From: the human T2T-CHM13v2.0 reference genome, Homo sapiens
Strand: one strand, 5' to 3'
Assembly: GCF_009914755.1 (NCBI RefSeq)
Contig: NC_060927.1
DNA length: 64,000 bases
Positions within the stretch are counted from its first letter, which is position 1. Each line of letters begins with the position of its first letter. Positions 24,870 through 48,039 of the stretch are shown here, piece by piece. The notes beneath the pieces were generated by a model. It saw nothing but the letters and a program-made list of their open reading frames with translations, did no database searches and was not told where the DNA came from. The translations under genes were made by a program, and so were the position numbers.

Positions 24870-26234
24870 GGACCATGCTGGGTCAGACCTGAAGCCAGCC
24901 CAGCGCTGGGTCTCTCCCACAGCCTGCGGCAACTATGGCTTCACTCCCACTGATGTTTAGGGCCCAAGTACTCTTTGGTGAGCAGGAGGTGAATGCAGCC
25001 AGGCTTGTCTTGTTCCTTTCAGGGTGGCAGGTTCCCTTCTGGCCCAGGGTGGGTCTAGAAATCAGGGTGAATCTCGAAATGCTTTCCGGGAGCTAGGGCC
25101 CAGAATTGGGAATTTTTGGAATCTACTTGGTGCTTGATTTTACTGTGGGTGTGCTGACCCCCGAGTTAAACACAGCGTCGTTTTCACTCTTCCCTCTCCT
25201 TTCCCCAAGCAGGAGTCTTCTCCCCATGGCCGCTACCACCCCAGGCCCGTGGCAAGAACTGCTTGGTGACCGCTGATGTTTCTTCAAGCCCCAGGGGCTC
25301 TTTAGTCAGCAGGTGGCAAATGCAGCCAGGCTTGTGTCTTTCTTTTCAGGGCGGCAGATTCCCTTCCAGCCCAGAGCAGGTGCAGAAATGCCATCCAGGA
25401 ACTAAGGCTGGGAATCTGGGACTTCAGGAATCTGCTTGCTGCTTTATTTACTATGGCTGAGCTGGTACCTCCAGTGCAAGACAAAGTCCTCTTTACTCTT
25501 CTCTCCCTTTTTCTCAAGGAGAAGGAGCCTCTTTCTGTGGCCATCACAGCTGGAGATGTGCTGGGTCACACTTAAAGCCAGTAAGGCTCTGAGTCTCCCC
25601 CAAGGCCTGTGGTGAGTGCTGCCTGCCTGGCTACTGCTGATATTTATTTAAGGCCCAAGGGCTATTTAGTCGGGAGGTGAAGAAGGCTGCCAGGACAGAC
25701 CCTTTCCTTCCAGGCAGCAGGTTTCCTTTTGGCCCAGTATGTGCCTAGAAATGTTGTCCAGTAGCTGGGGCCTAGAACAGGGGAGCTTCAGGACTCTGCT
25801 TGGTGAGTTATTTTACTGTGGCTGAGCTGGTACCCAAGTGGCAAGACAAAGTCCTCTTTATCCTCCTCCCTCCTCTCATCCAGTAGAAGGAGGGAGTCTC
25901 TCCCAGTGCTGTGAGCTGCGCAGCCTGGGGGTGGGTGAGGGTTGACACAAGCACTCCCTGGGCTGCCCCCGCTGGTGTCTCACTAGGTCATGTGCACCCC
26001 AAGTCCACTGGCTCCAGGGTATTTCCAGGAATTGCAGTCCCTGTGGCCTAGGCTGCCTTTCAAGTTTATTTAGGATCCCAGAGCTCTTTAGCCAGCAGTG
26101 CGTGGCTTGCTAGAATTCAGGTTCACACCACTGAGATTGAGGATTTGTCTTTGCTAGGGCTGGTTTAAATGCTGTGTCTGTGAGTGCTGCCCTGTGTTGT
26201 TTTCCACTGTGACTGGGCAGCACCGAGTGGCAAT

Positions 26235-26544
26235 GCAAAGTCCTATCATCACTGTGCTCTGCCTCTCCCAGCTCACGGATTCTCTCTCCCTGCCGTGCAA
26301 AGTCCCATCATCACTGTGCTCTACCTCCCCCAGCACACGGATTCTCTCTCCCTGCCATGCAAAGTCCCATCATCACTGTGCTCTACCTCCCCCAGCACAC
26401 GGATTCTCTCTCCCTGCCATGCAAAGTCCCATCATCACTGTGCTCTGCCTCCCCCAGCACACGGATTCTCTCTCCGTGCCGTGCAAAGTCCCATCATCAC
26501 TGTGCTCTACCTCCCCCAGCTCACGGATTCTCTCTCCGTGCCGT
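26235..26544. repeat. 62-bp minisatellite, 5 copies
   Basis: GCAAAGTCC at 26235, 26297, 26359, 26421 and 26483. Confidence 0.95.
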
Positions 26545-26914
26545 GGGACTGCTGCCATGGGGTAGGAGATGGGTGATGTTAGCATTTCAAGATCGTCTTT
26601 CCTGTCCTCTTCAGTGCTTTTCTTGAGATGATATGAAAACCAGATACTGCAGTTGTTCATCTGATTTTCGGTTCTTATGCAGGTTTTTTCTCAACTTGAG
26701 AGTTTTCGGTTTAGTGGTCCTGGGCAGGGGTGGGGTGGGGGTGGGTGGGGCCGGGGGTTGGGTGGGGTGGGGGGTGATTGCTGGAGGGCCCTACTTGAGC
26801 ATCTTGCTCCACTTTCCTCTCACCACCTTTTCAACATTGTTGGGAAAGCCCTAGCCAATGTGATAAGATTAGAAAAAGAAAGAAAAGCTATAATGATCAG
26901 AAACAGTTAGAATT

Positions 26915-27580
26915 GGACCAGGTGCCGTGGCTCACGCCTGTAATCCCAGCACTTTGGGAGGCCAAGGCGGGGGGATCATTGAAGTCAGGAGTTTGAGACT
27001 AGCCCGGCCAACACGGTGAAACCCCGTCTCTACTAAAATTACAAAAATTAGCCAGGCTTGGTGGTGGGCACCTGTAATCCCAGCTACTCAGGAGGCTGAG
27101 GCAGCAGAATCACTGGAACACAGGAGGCAGAGGTTGCAGTGAGCCAAGATTGTGCCACTGCACTCCAGCCTGGGTGACAAAGGGAGACTCTGTCTCAATA
27201 ATTAATTAATTAATTAATTAAACGCAGCCATGAAAAAGAATGGGTTCATGTCCTTTGCAGGGACATGGGTGAAGCTGGAACCCATCATTCTCAGCAAACT
27301 AACACAGGAGCAGAAAACCAAACACTGCGTGTTCTCACTCCTAAGTGGGAGTTGAACAATATGGACACAAGGAGGGGAACATCACACACTGGGGCCTGTC
27401 GGGGGTTGGGGGCAAGGGGAAGGAGAGCATTAGGACAAATACCTCATGCATGCAGGGCTTAAAACCTCGATGATGGGTTGGTAGGTGCAGCAAACCACCA
27501 TGGCACGTGTCTACCTATGTAACACACCTGCACGCTCTGCACATGTGTCCCAGAACTTAAAGTAAAATTTTTTTAAAAAA
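26915..27580 (+). mobile_element. AluS (26915-27220) followed by an L1PA 3' end (27224-27580)
   Basis: Alu with (TTAA)n tail; canonical L1PA 3'UTR CATGTCCTTTGCAGGGACATGG..AGAACTTAAAGT. Confidence 0.9.
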
Positions 27581-28087
27581 GAAATAAGTACAGTTATCTT
27601 TATTTGCAAAGTTTATGATTGCTCCTGTATAATAGCCCAAGAAATTTACAAAAACTTCTAGAATGAATAAATGAATTTGTCAGGGTCACGGGATACAAGA
27701 TTGCTATATTAAAATGATTTGTATTCTTGGTTGGGAGCCGTGGCTCATGCCTGTAATCCCAGAACTTTGGGAGACAGAGGCAGGAAGAATGCCTGAGCTC
27801 ACAAGTTTAAGACCAGCCTGAACAATGTGGCAAAGCCCTGTCTCTACAAAAAAATAAATAAATAAAATCATTTGTATTATGTAACGGCATCAAATAATTA
27901 TTAAAAATTAATTTACAATAGTGCTAAAGAACATGGAATGCTTAGGAAAAAACTTAACAAAAGATGTTAAAATTTTTAATGCTGAAAACTACAAAATGTT
28001 GCTGAGAGAAATTAAAGATTTCAATTAATATACCACATTTCTGAATTGGCAAAAATATATCTCATGAATTGGAAGATTCAGTATGAT

Positions 28088-28440
28088 TGTCTTAATCTGT
28101 TTGGGCTGCTACAGCAATATAGGTGGCTTAAACAGCAAACATTTATTTCTCATGTTCTGGAGGCTGGTAAGTGTAAGATTGAGGCAGCAGATTTGGTATC
28201 TGGTGAGGACTGGCTTTCCTGTTCATAGACAGCTGTCTTCTTATTGTGTCCTCACATGGCAGAGGGAGGGAGGCAGCTCTCTAGGGTCTCTGTTGTAAGG
28301 ACACGAATCCCATTTATGTGGGATCTATCCTCATGGCCTTATCATCTCCCAAAGTCCCCTTGTCCAAATACCACCACACTGGGTATCAGGTTTCAACATG
28401 TAAATCTGGGAGGCGGGCAAAGACATTCAATCAATAGCAA
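28088..28440. mobile_element. MLT1 (MaLR) LTR
   Basis: GGTGGCTTAAACAGCAAACATTTATTTCTCATGTTCTGGAGGCTGG..ACATTCAATCAATAGCA, typical of MLT1A/B. Confidence 0.8.
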
Positions 28441-28567
28441 TTGTTAAGATGTCAAATTTTCCCAAATTGATCTATAGAGTTAACACAACTCCATACAAAA
28501 TTCAAGGCTTTTTTACATAAATTGACAACGTGATACTAAGAGTTATATGGAAATATGGAGGGCCTAG

Positions 28568-29048
<481 letters not shown>

Positions 29049-29250
29049 TGACACCACACTCAGGTAATTTTTGTATGTTTAGTAGAGACGGGGTTTTGCC
29101 ACATTGGCTAGGCTGGCCTTGAACTCCTGGCCTCAAGTGATCTGCCCGCCTGAACCTCCCAAAGTGCTGAGATTACAGGTGTGAGCCACCGTGCCCGGCC
29201 AGAAACAGTTGTGTTTTTTTTTTTTTTTTTTTCTTTTTTAAAGAAGAACA

Positions 29251-29424
29251 ATTCTTTCTCAGCCTTTCGGCAAAGATTAAGTGTAGTCTATATTATTAGT
29301 TTAGTATTTGATATGTCCTCTATCTGAGGACAATATATTAAATGGGCGTCTAGAGCAAGAAAATAGAATAGGAGCTTGTTCTGTCCATTCCACTCATTAA
29401 TCTGATGTTGCGGTATCTGGTGCC
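29251..29424 (+). pseudogene. U2 snRNA retropseudogene, near full length
   Basis: Aligns to U2 (..AAGTGTAGT..GTCCTCTATCTGAGGACAATATATTAAATGG..AATAGGAGCTTG); flanked by an AAGAAGAACA TSD; no PSE or 3' box. Confidence 0.9.
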
Positions 29425-29533
29425 TGGAGAAGGAGATGGAGAAGTAGGAGCAGAAGAAGGAGAAGGAAGGAAAGAAGAAGAACAAAGCTAGAGGTATTAC
29501 CCTACCTGATTTCAAAGCTTATAAACTCTCAGG

Positions 29534-30896
<1,363 letters not shown>

Positions 30897-31064
30897 TCAT
30901 ATATGGCCAATCGATTTTTGACAAATGTGCCATGGCAATTCAATGGGGAAAGATAAGTTTTTGTAACAAATGGTGCTGGATCAACTGGATATCTATAGGG
31001 GCAAAAAAGTAAACATTGACCCTTACCCCATACCATCCACAAAAACTAACTCAAAAAGGCATAG

Positions 31065-31394
<330 letters not shown>

Positions 31395-31496
31395 CTAAAA
31401 TTATGAAATTTCCATTAAAAACACATAGGAGAAAATCTTTAGGGTAGGCAAAACTTTCTTAGGTAGAATACAAAAAAAAAGAAAAGGTTAGACTTC

Positions 31497-31818
<322 letters not shown>

Positions 31819-34237
31819 TCATCAAAATGAAAAACTTGCTTTTCAAAAGGTACTATTTAAAAAATGAAAAGGCAAACCACAGATGGGAAGAAAATATTTG
31901 CAAATCATATATCTAATAATGTAGATCCAGAATAGGTAAAGATCTCTTATAACTCAATAATAAGACAAGCAAAATTTTTTAAATTTTTAAAATATTTGAA
32001 TAAAGACTTAAAAGCTGCACAAATGGGCACTAAGTGCATGGAAGATGTTCAACGTCGTTAGTGGTCAGGGAGATGCAAGTGAAGCCACAGCGAGATGCCG
32101 CTATGTGCTCGTTAAAAGGGCCAGAATTTAAGAGACAGACTATACTAAGTATTAGTGAGGATGTTGAGCCACTGGAATTTTGCATGCTGCTGATGGGAAT
32201 ATAAACTGTTGCTACTACTTTAGAATACAATTTGGTAGTTTCCTTAAAAGTTAAATAAACACCCAATATGTGACCAGCTATGCTATGTCTAGGGCTATCC
32301 GTGAGAAGCAAAAACTTGCATCCACACAAACGCTTGTGCTCAGAGGTTCATGGAAGCTTTATTTGCAATAGCTCAAAAGTGGGAACAATGAACTAATTTA
32401 GAAACAGAAAGTCATGAGGCGGGCAGGTCACTTAAGGTCAGGAGTTCAAGACCAGCCTGGCCAACATGGCAAAACCCCGTCCCTACAAAAAATAAAAAAA
32501 TGATCCGGGTGTGGTGGTGTGCACCTGTAATCTCAGCTACTCAGGAAGCTGAGGCGAGAGGATCGCTTGAATCCGGGAGGCAGAGGTTGCAGGGAGGCGG
32601 AGGTTGCAGTGAGCCGAGATTGCACCACTGCACTCCACCCTGGGTGACAGAGTGAGACTCAGTCAAAGAAAAGAAGAAAGAGAGAGAGAAGAGGAAGAAG
32701 AAAGAAGAAGATGAGGAGGAGGAAGAGAGGAAGGGCAGGAGGGTGGGAGGGTGGGAGGGAGGGAGTGCAATACTGCATGTTCTCACTTATAAGTGAGAGC
32801 TAAACAGTGGGTACATATGGTCATACAGATGGAGTGACAGACTCTGGAGACCCCAAAAGATGAGAGGGTGGGAGGCTGGTGAGGGCTGGAAAACCACCTT
32901 TTGGGTAAAATGTTCATTATTCAGGTGATGGGAGCACTACAGCCCAGATGTCACCACTATGGAATGTGTGCACGTAAGAAGCCTACACTTGTACCCTCTA
33001 AATATATATATTTTAAAAAGTGGAAACAACCCAGATAGCTATCAGAATGTATTATAGCTATACAATAGACTACTACTTAGCTATGAAAATGAACTATTGG
33101 TTCCATTTATATAAAATTCTTGAAAATGCAAATTAATTGATAGTGACAGAAAATCGCTGGTTGCCTGGTGACAGGTAGTGGCACTGGAGGATGTGAGCAG
33201 TGGTGGAAGGGAGAGATGCCCAAGATGCACAAAGAAACTTTTGTAGGTGATGGACATGTGATAGTGGGGATGGGATGGTGTCACAGTGTGCACCCCTCTC
33301 GAATCCATCAAGTTATCTATTTTAAATTGTGTAGTGCAGTGCACATCAATTATACCTCAATAAAATAGTAAAATTAAAAGTGTACATATACACCATAGCA
33401 TCTTGCTTTGTTCACTTAATTACAGATCTTGACTGATTCATATCTAGACGAATAAATCTATTCTTTAAAAATACTGGATATTAGACATTCCATAGATATG
33501 CGGTATCTTTTTACAAATCATTCCCCTTTTAAAGAACGTCTAAGTAGGTTGAACTATTTTGCTACTGCATGTTATGTTTAACAGAGTACCTATGATTTGT
33601 GTGTGTGCGTGTGTATGTTTCTATCTATCTATCTTTGTGCACAAGTAGGGGGTTTTTCCATAGGACAAATACCTAGAAATAGAATTTCTTAGATCAAATG
33701 GCTTATGCATTTAGAATTTTGTTAGGTAACTTTTAGGTTGACCCCCAAAGATGTTGGACCAACTTATACTCCCATCAGCAAAGTATGAATAGATTTCCGT
33801 TTCTTCCCCAGGCTCATCAATGCACCGTGTGGCCAAACAGAACAGAAGCTTGTTTTTCATTCACGCTACCTCCTCCTCTCAGAGCTGGCAGGAGTTCTTG
33901 TCCACATTGTTAAGCGGGGTCATTGATGACTGAACTTCCCACATTTTGTGACAGCAGCATCTAGAATATGCAGCACTCTCCATCATCATGAGAGAAAAAG
34001 AGATTGGAGAATCACCCAGAGCTCTTTATTGCCTCAGCCAAATAAGTGACACATGTCATGTCTCACGATTCATTGGCCAGAACTAGTCCCGTGGCCCTGT
34101 CTGACTGCAAGGGAGCTGGACAACGTGAAGGAGCAGGTGGAATATTGGATATTTAAATACCACTGCTTTAGTACAGTGGTTAAGAGTAAAGTATTTGAAG
34201 TTATAAGGAGGTTGGTTCAAAAAATAATGACTTTGCA

Positions 34238-35225
<988 letters not shown>

Positions 35226-35504
35226 TTTTTTTAAAAAAGCAGCAGCTACCATATCTGACTTGCTCACTCCTGGATTTCCAGCCAGCCCAATACTGAGCGC
35301 ATAGAAGAAAGTCAATATGTATTGAATGAGAAGTATCTACTTCAAAAAACTGTTTCAAGGATTAATTGAAATAATGCAGGTAAAAAGCATTATTATAATG
35401 CCTGATATATATAACATTTTCAAATTATAACTATTATTTTTACTTGCTCTTTTTTACCTTTTTTTCAACAGCTTTATTGAGATATGCTTTATGTATCATG
35501 AAGT

Positions 35505-35990
35505 TTATCTCTTTTTTTATTATTATACTTTAAGTATTAGGGTACACGTGCACAACGTGCAGGTTTGTTACATATGTATACATGTGCCATGTTGGTGTGC
35601 TGCACCCATTAACTCGTCATTTAGCATTAGGTTTTTACTTGCTATTCCTCCAATGCCTAGGATTGTCCTGTATCTTTGATTTTATGTACCTTCCTACACC
35701 TGGAAGGAAGGAAATTGACAGTTATTCATCATTTTATACTATGGCCACTACTAGGACTGCCTACTTTTACCCTACTGCATTAAGAAAAAAATTAAAGTAT
35801 ATTTTACATACAACAAAATGAACAGTTTTTTTTTTTTTAAAGTTCTGGGATACATGTGCAGAACACGCAGGTTTTGTTACACAGGCAAACATGTGCCATG
35901 GCGGTTTGCTGCACCCATCCGCCCGTCTCCTAGGTGTTAAGCCCTGCATGCCTTAGCTATTTGTCCCGATGCTCTCCCCCGCTTCGCCCC
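35505..35990 (-). mobile_element. Two L1PA 3'-end fragments (~35505-35630, ~35826-35990)
   Basis: TTATTATACTTTAAG..CATGTGCCATGTTGG-type antisense L1 3' ends. Confidence 0.85.
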
Positions 35991-36892
35991 CTCGCCCCGC
36001 AACAGATCTTAAATGTAAACTTTATGAATTTTGAAAAATGTAAGAGTAACTGTCACTCCAATCAAGGTATTAGAGCTTTATCGCAGTAGTTTCTGTTCTG
36101 TATTTTTCTGTTGGGTTCTTGAATTCCTTGATCAGAGCCGTGTTCCTGGGTGACGGAAGTGCTCCTCTGTTATGTGTGGCAAGTGCTTCTGGGTGTGGAT
36201 GCGGCGTTTTGCATACACTTTGTAGAAGGAAGGATTTGTTAAGTGTCTGGGCACATAATTAATATGCAGAATGCTTCCAGTAAGGTGGAGGGCTGAAAGG
36301 CGAGCTCCCTTCCAACTCGGGAAATTGACCGGGATGAGGAGGTGGGTGGCGCCCGGCAGGGGAGCAGCATCAGAACCAATCACACGAGCAGGTCCAACTT
36401 GATGCTGGAAGCTTTCCAGAGTGGCCTTCAAGGAAAGGAACAGAAAATTCTGGAGACCAATGCAGTGTAGCAAAGAGGTTGTGCCGTTACGCCCATGAAA
36501 GGCAAAATGATGAGTCATCAAAACGCTGAGCGTTCCTATTGGAGAAGGGCAACCTTTTCTGCCTTCTAGGAAACTAACGAGAAACAGGAATAGGGAACAA
36601 TAGAGCTGAATGTCAGAAATGCTGTCTGTCAGTGCACGCGGGAGGCTTAGAGGCCCGAGGGTATCACCCCATGGGTGTGGATTCCTACCACCCCATCTCT
36701 TACCGGGTGGCATAAACTCTGGGAAAAACCCTGCACCAGTGAGGACCAGGCCCAAGGATGGCATCAGACTCTCAGTGCCAATTTAATGGCCTCAGGCTGC
36801 AGGAAAAGTGTCTATAAAACAGGAAGCACAGCCGCCTTTAATAGCTCTGAAGGAAAAACACCAATCTCGGTCTCAAAGAAGCTGAGAATCTT

Positions 36893-37187
36893 GCCAGGTG
36901 CGGTGGTGCACGCCTGTAATCCCAGCTACTTGGGAGGCTGAGGAGGAGGGTGGCTTGAGCCCAGGAGCTCTGGGCAGCTGTGCCCTACTTTGATTGGGTG
37001 TCTGCACTAAGTTCGGCATCAATATGGTGACCTCTCAGGATGGGGAGACCACCAGGTTGCCTAAAGTGGGTGAAGTGGCCCAGGTCAGAAATGGAGCAGG
37101 GCAAAACTCACTGTAGTGGGATCGCATCTGTGAATAGCCACTGCACTCCAGACTGGGCAACATAGTGAGACTCCGTTTCCAAAAAAA
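36893..37187 (+). pseudogene. 7SL (SRP RNA) retropseudogene
   Basis: Alu-domain ends plus the S domain TGCACTAAGTTCGGCATCAATATGGTGACCT..CCAGGTTGCCTAA; probable TSD AAGAAG.T.AGAATCT. Confidence 0.92.
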
Positions 37188-37635
37188 TCATCATAATAAA
37201 TTTAATCAATGTAAGAAAAAGAAGGTAAGAATCTCCCACAAACTCATAAACGCTGATGGTGACAGTGAAAACTGATATACGCATTTTGGAAAAAGAGTTT
37301 GGCGTTGCAGACGGTATCTGAAAGTGCACATTATGCCTGCAGCCTAGTTAAACTGGAAGAGAGGTCCATCCGTGTTCTCACAAGGGGACGTGTATACAAG
37401 ATGTTCATCACAGAAGTGTTTGTAACAGCAAAAAATTGGAAACACTCAAAATGTCCCTGAATGAGGATTGAGAAAAATTGTATATTCATGCAATCGTGTA
37501 TCTCTGGAGGTTAAAATGAACTATGTTTCAGCAACGATAGATCTCAACATGCCAAATTAAAAATCCATTTGCATGATAGAACATGTAAAAAGAGTGTCAT
37601 ATATTCATAGTTATACATAACTGGTTTTTAAATGA

Positions 37636-40312
<2,677 letters not shown>

Positions 40313-40808
40313 TAAATTTATTCTTTTATAATCGTTTCCTCTGCATCCCAGTAACAAAGAAGTGCTGTTGGTGAGACCGTAGAAGCTGTACTCACCTCGT
40401 AGGTGCCCTGCGTTCCCCTGCGAGTGTTCCTCTGGGCCTAACCACCCGGTCACCTTCTTTGGGTCTGCTGATAGTGAGGTGTCTTGGATAACTACAGCAA
40501 ATGTTCCAGGAACGTCCCTTTTTTCTATGGACAAGCCCGTCTCTGCAGAAGTTACAGATTAGCATCCTTGCTGAGGGTGACTTGTATCTGTGTCTTCACC
40601 TGCTTCCCTGATTTCTGACATACTGACTGCCTTGTCTTCTAGGCATGGAATTTCCTTGAGTTTTAACCCACAGACCTATCTTCGCTGTGGCTTTTTGTGT
40701 GTTTTGGCTTTTTGGCCCTTCTAGACCCAACTTCCAACTCTGCTACTGTGGTGAATCATCCCCTAAGGGCTGCTGTGATTTGTAGAACACTCACACCTGT
40801 GGGGCACT

Positions 40809-40908
40809 GAGCGATGCTGCGTGGAACCGGGGAGCAATGCTGCGTGGAACCGGGGAGGAATGCTGAGTGGAACCGGGGAGCGATGCTGCGTGGAACTGGG
40901 GAGCAATG
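40809..40908. repeat. 23-bp minisatellite, about 4.3 copies (GAGCGATGCTGCGTGGAACCGGG)
   Basis: Read directly. Confidence 0.9.
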
Positions 40909-41939
40909 TGGAGTTCTTGAGTAAGGGAGAGACATGATGAAATCGATGTTTTAGGAAGATTAACAGGGAATTAACCAGGAGGTACAGGGACTGAAGTCGG
41001 CAAGGTCATCTACACAATGTTTGCTGTAATCATGCCATTCAAGGGTGTGAATAGCATCGCATTATCTTGTGTAATTCTTACAGTCTCCCGGTGAGGGTTC
41101 ATGTCTTACGTGCAGAGGCTAATGGAAGGATCTGATCCCACTCACATGGAAGTCACCTCATGGTTAGGGGTCTGGCATCCCAAAGGTACTTGATCACTGT
41201 TTGAAAAATGAACGTGGGGAAGCTAGGACTTGGACACAGGTTCTTTCTATGTGGAATAAAGTGGTAGCTGAGAGGAAGTGAGTCGAGAGAGGAGGCAGAA
41301 GGGTGGAGCCCTGAGGTATCTGGGGCTGAAGTAGGTGTATTAGGTGCTGAAGGAGGAGATGGGTAAAGGGGGCTGCCAAGAACCTGAATCTGCTTTCTGG
41401 ACAAATGAGAGAGCCAGGGGAGAAGGGAAGGAGAGCTGGAACTGAGAGTTTGGGTTCTGTTGCTACCTCCTAAGATGGAGCAAGTCTGGGTGTCCACTCA
41501 ACATCAGTGCGCAGGCAGGCAGCCGCAGATGCAGGGAGCTTGGTACCTGGGGGCCTCGCTGGCTCAGCTGTGGGAGGGGAGTCGGGGAGTGGCAGTGGGT
41601 GGAAACGATCTTACCAAGCTGGAGAGGGTAGCCAAGAACGGAGCAGGTATGGGCTTGCCTGGGAGGCTCACTATTTTAGCAGAAGGAGGAAGAACAGTTA
41701 GCTAAAGACTGTGCAGTGTCTGCACTGCAAATTGGATTTGAGCAAAGGAGAGAGCAGAAGAAAGGTGCAAGAGTGACACAGTACCTCACCATTTAAAGAC
41801 AAGCCTTGACTGCAACATTTCCCACACTTAGTATGGTGGGCTCCAGGGGAGGCCAGATTTCAGGGAGTTAAAGGAGTAGGTGAAGAATCAAAGGAGCCCG
41901 TCCTTCATATGATTGGTCTTGACTCCTCCACTGGAAGTT

Positions 41940-46900
<4,961 letters not shown>

Positions 46901-48039
46901 GTGCCTTAGACTTTAGAGTCGGAAAGCTGGATTTGAATCCTGGCTTCACTACTACCAGCTGTATGGCACTGAACAAGTCACTTGGCCATGTAGAACCTCA
47001 GTTCTGCCACGTGTAAAATGGGGATATTATGTGTCTCCTTGGGTTGTCATGGGGTTGGATGAGAAGAATGCGAAGTGCAGGGCCTTGCACAGTTGGGCTC
47101 TGTGAGTCTTAGCAATGGCCATGACTGAGGCAGCGTGAGGGAGACTGGGAGAAAACCTCCTCAGTTTCCTTCTCCCAAATCTGTTGTCTTCCCCACTTTC
47201 TTTCCTGAAGCCAGGCGACAGGGGGGTGGTCCTGGCCCAGCCTCCTGGCTCCCTGGGGAAGGGCTGCCATTACTGGCGGTGTTAGATAATTTAGTAGAAA
47301 GTTGCCCTGCCCACCTCGCAGGCAAGGGACCGCCACCCAAATCCACCCAGACTGGGCCTCGTGTAGGTTTCCAGAAGCCACCCCTTTCTCATTGCCCTAC
47401 TGCGCTCTGGCCAAGTCCCTGGGGCCCATTGCTGGACAGTGTGAGCGCAGAAAGAGCCAGCCCTACACAGTTTCCGATGTGTCTGATCTTGCCACCTACC
47501 GTGAACTGTTTTGTTATTACATCCATTTTCTAGATGAGGGACAGTAACAAGGGCTGAGTGGCCCTGAGCCCTTGGGCTCCACGCGCCCGCTGCCCAGGGC
47601 TGCCTCCGTTTGGGCTGGGACATGGGTCTGTGGGCTGGGAACAGGGCCTGCAGGCTGCCCCGCCGCTGGGAATCAGAGCGCTGGGTTTTCTCCTTCTGGG
47701 GTGGGGGCAGGGAGGAGACGGCTCAAGTGCAGGAATGAAGGTCCGCTTGCCTGGGGCTGTTTCTGCCCAAGTCCTCATCAGGAATCGTCAGGCCTGAGAC
47801 AAACCCTCCCTCCTTCAGGAGTGCTCCGTTGGCCCCGGGGAAAGAGAGGTGATGGTCCGGGTTTCTGGGCCTTTGGGGTGCCACGGTGAGATTGGGACTA
47901 GAACCCCAGCCTCACTGGAGTGACCCCAGAAACCTTCCAGTCCAACCTCCTCACTTCAACTGAGGTTGGAACAACTGAGACCGGGTGGAAGTGACTTTTA
48001 CACTCGCACAGTGCAACGGTAGCTACTCGGAATGAGAGA

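Noticed and set aside
29251-29424. Functional U2 snRNA gene
   Set aside because: Many substitutions, the Sm site is destroyed, there are no snRNA promoter elements, and it has a TSD inside L1.
36132-36764. 210-aa minus-strand ORF
   Set aside because: No recognisable domain or codon bias; more consistent with regulatory DNA. A homology search would settle it.
36893-37187. Functional 7SL gene or an ordinary Alu
   Set aside because: It has the S domain, so it is not an Alu; it is diverged, with an internal deletion and an A tail, so it is a retrocopy.
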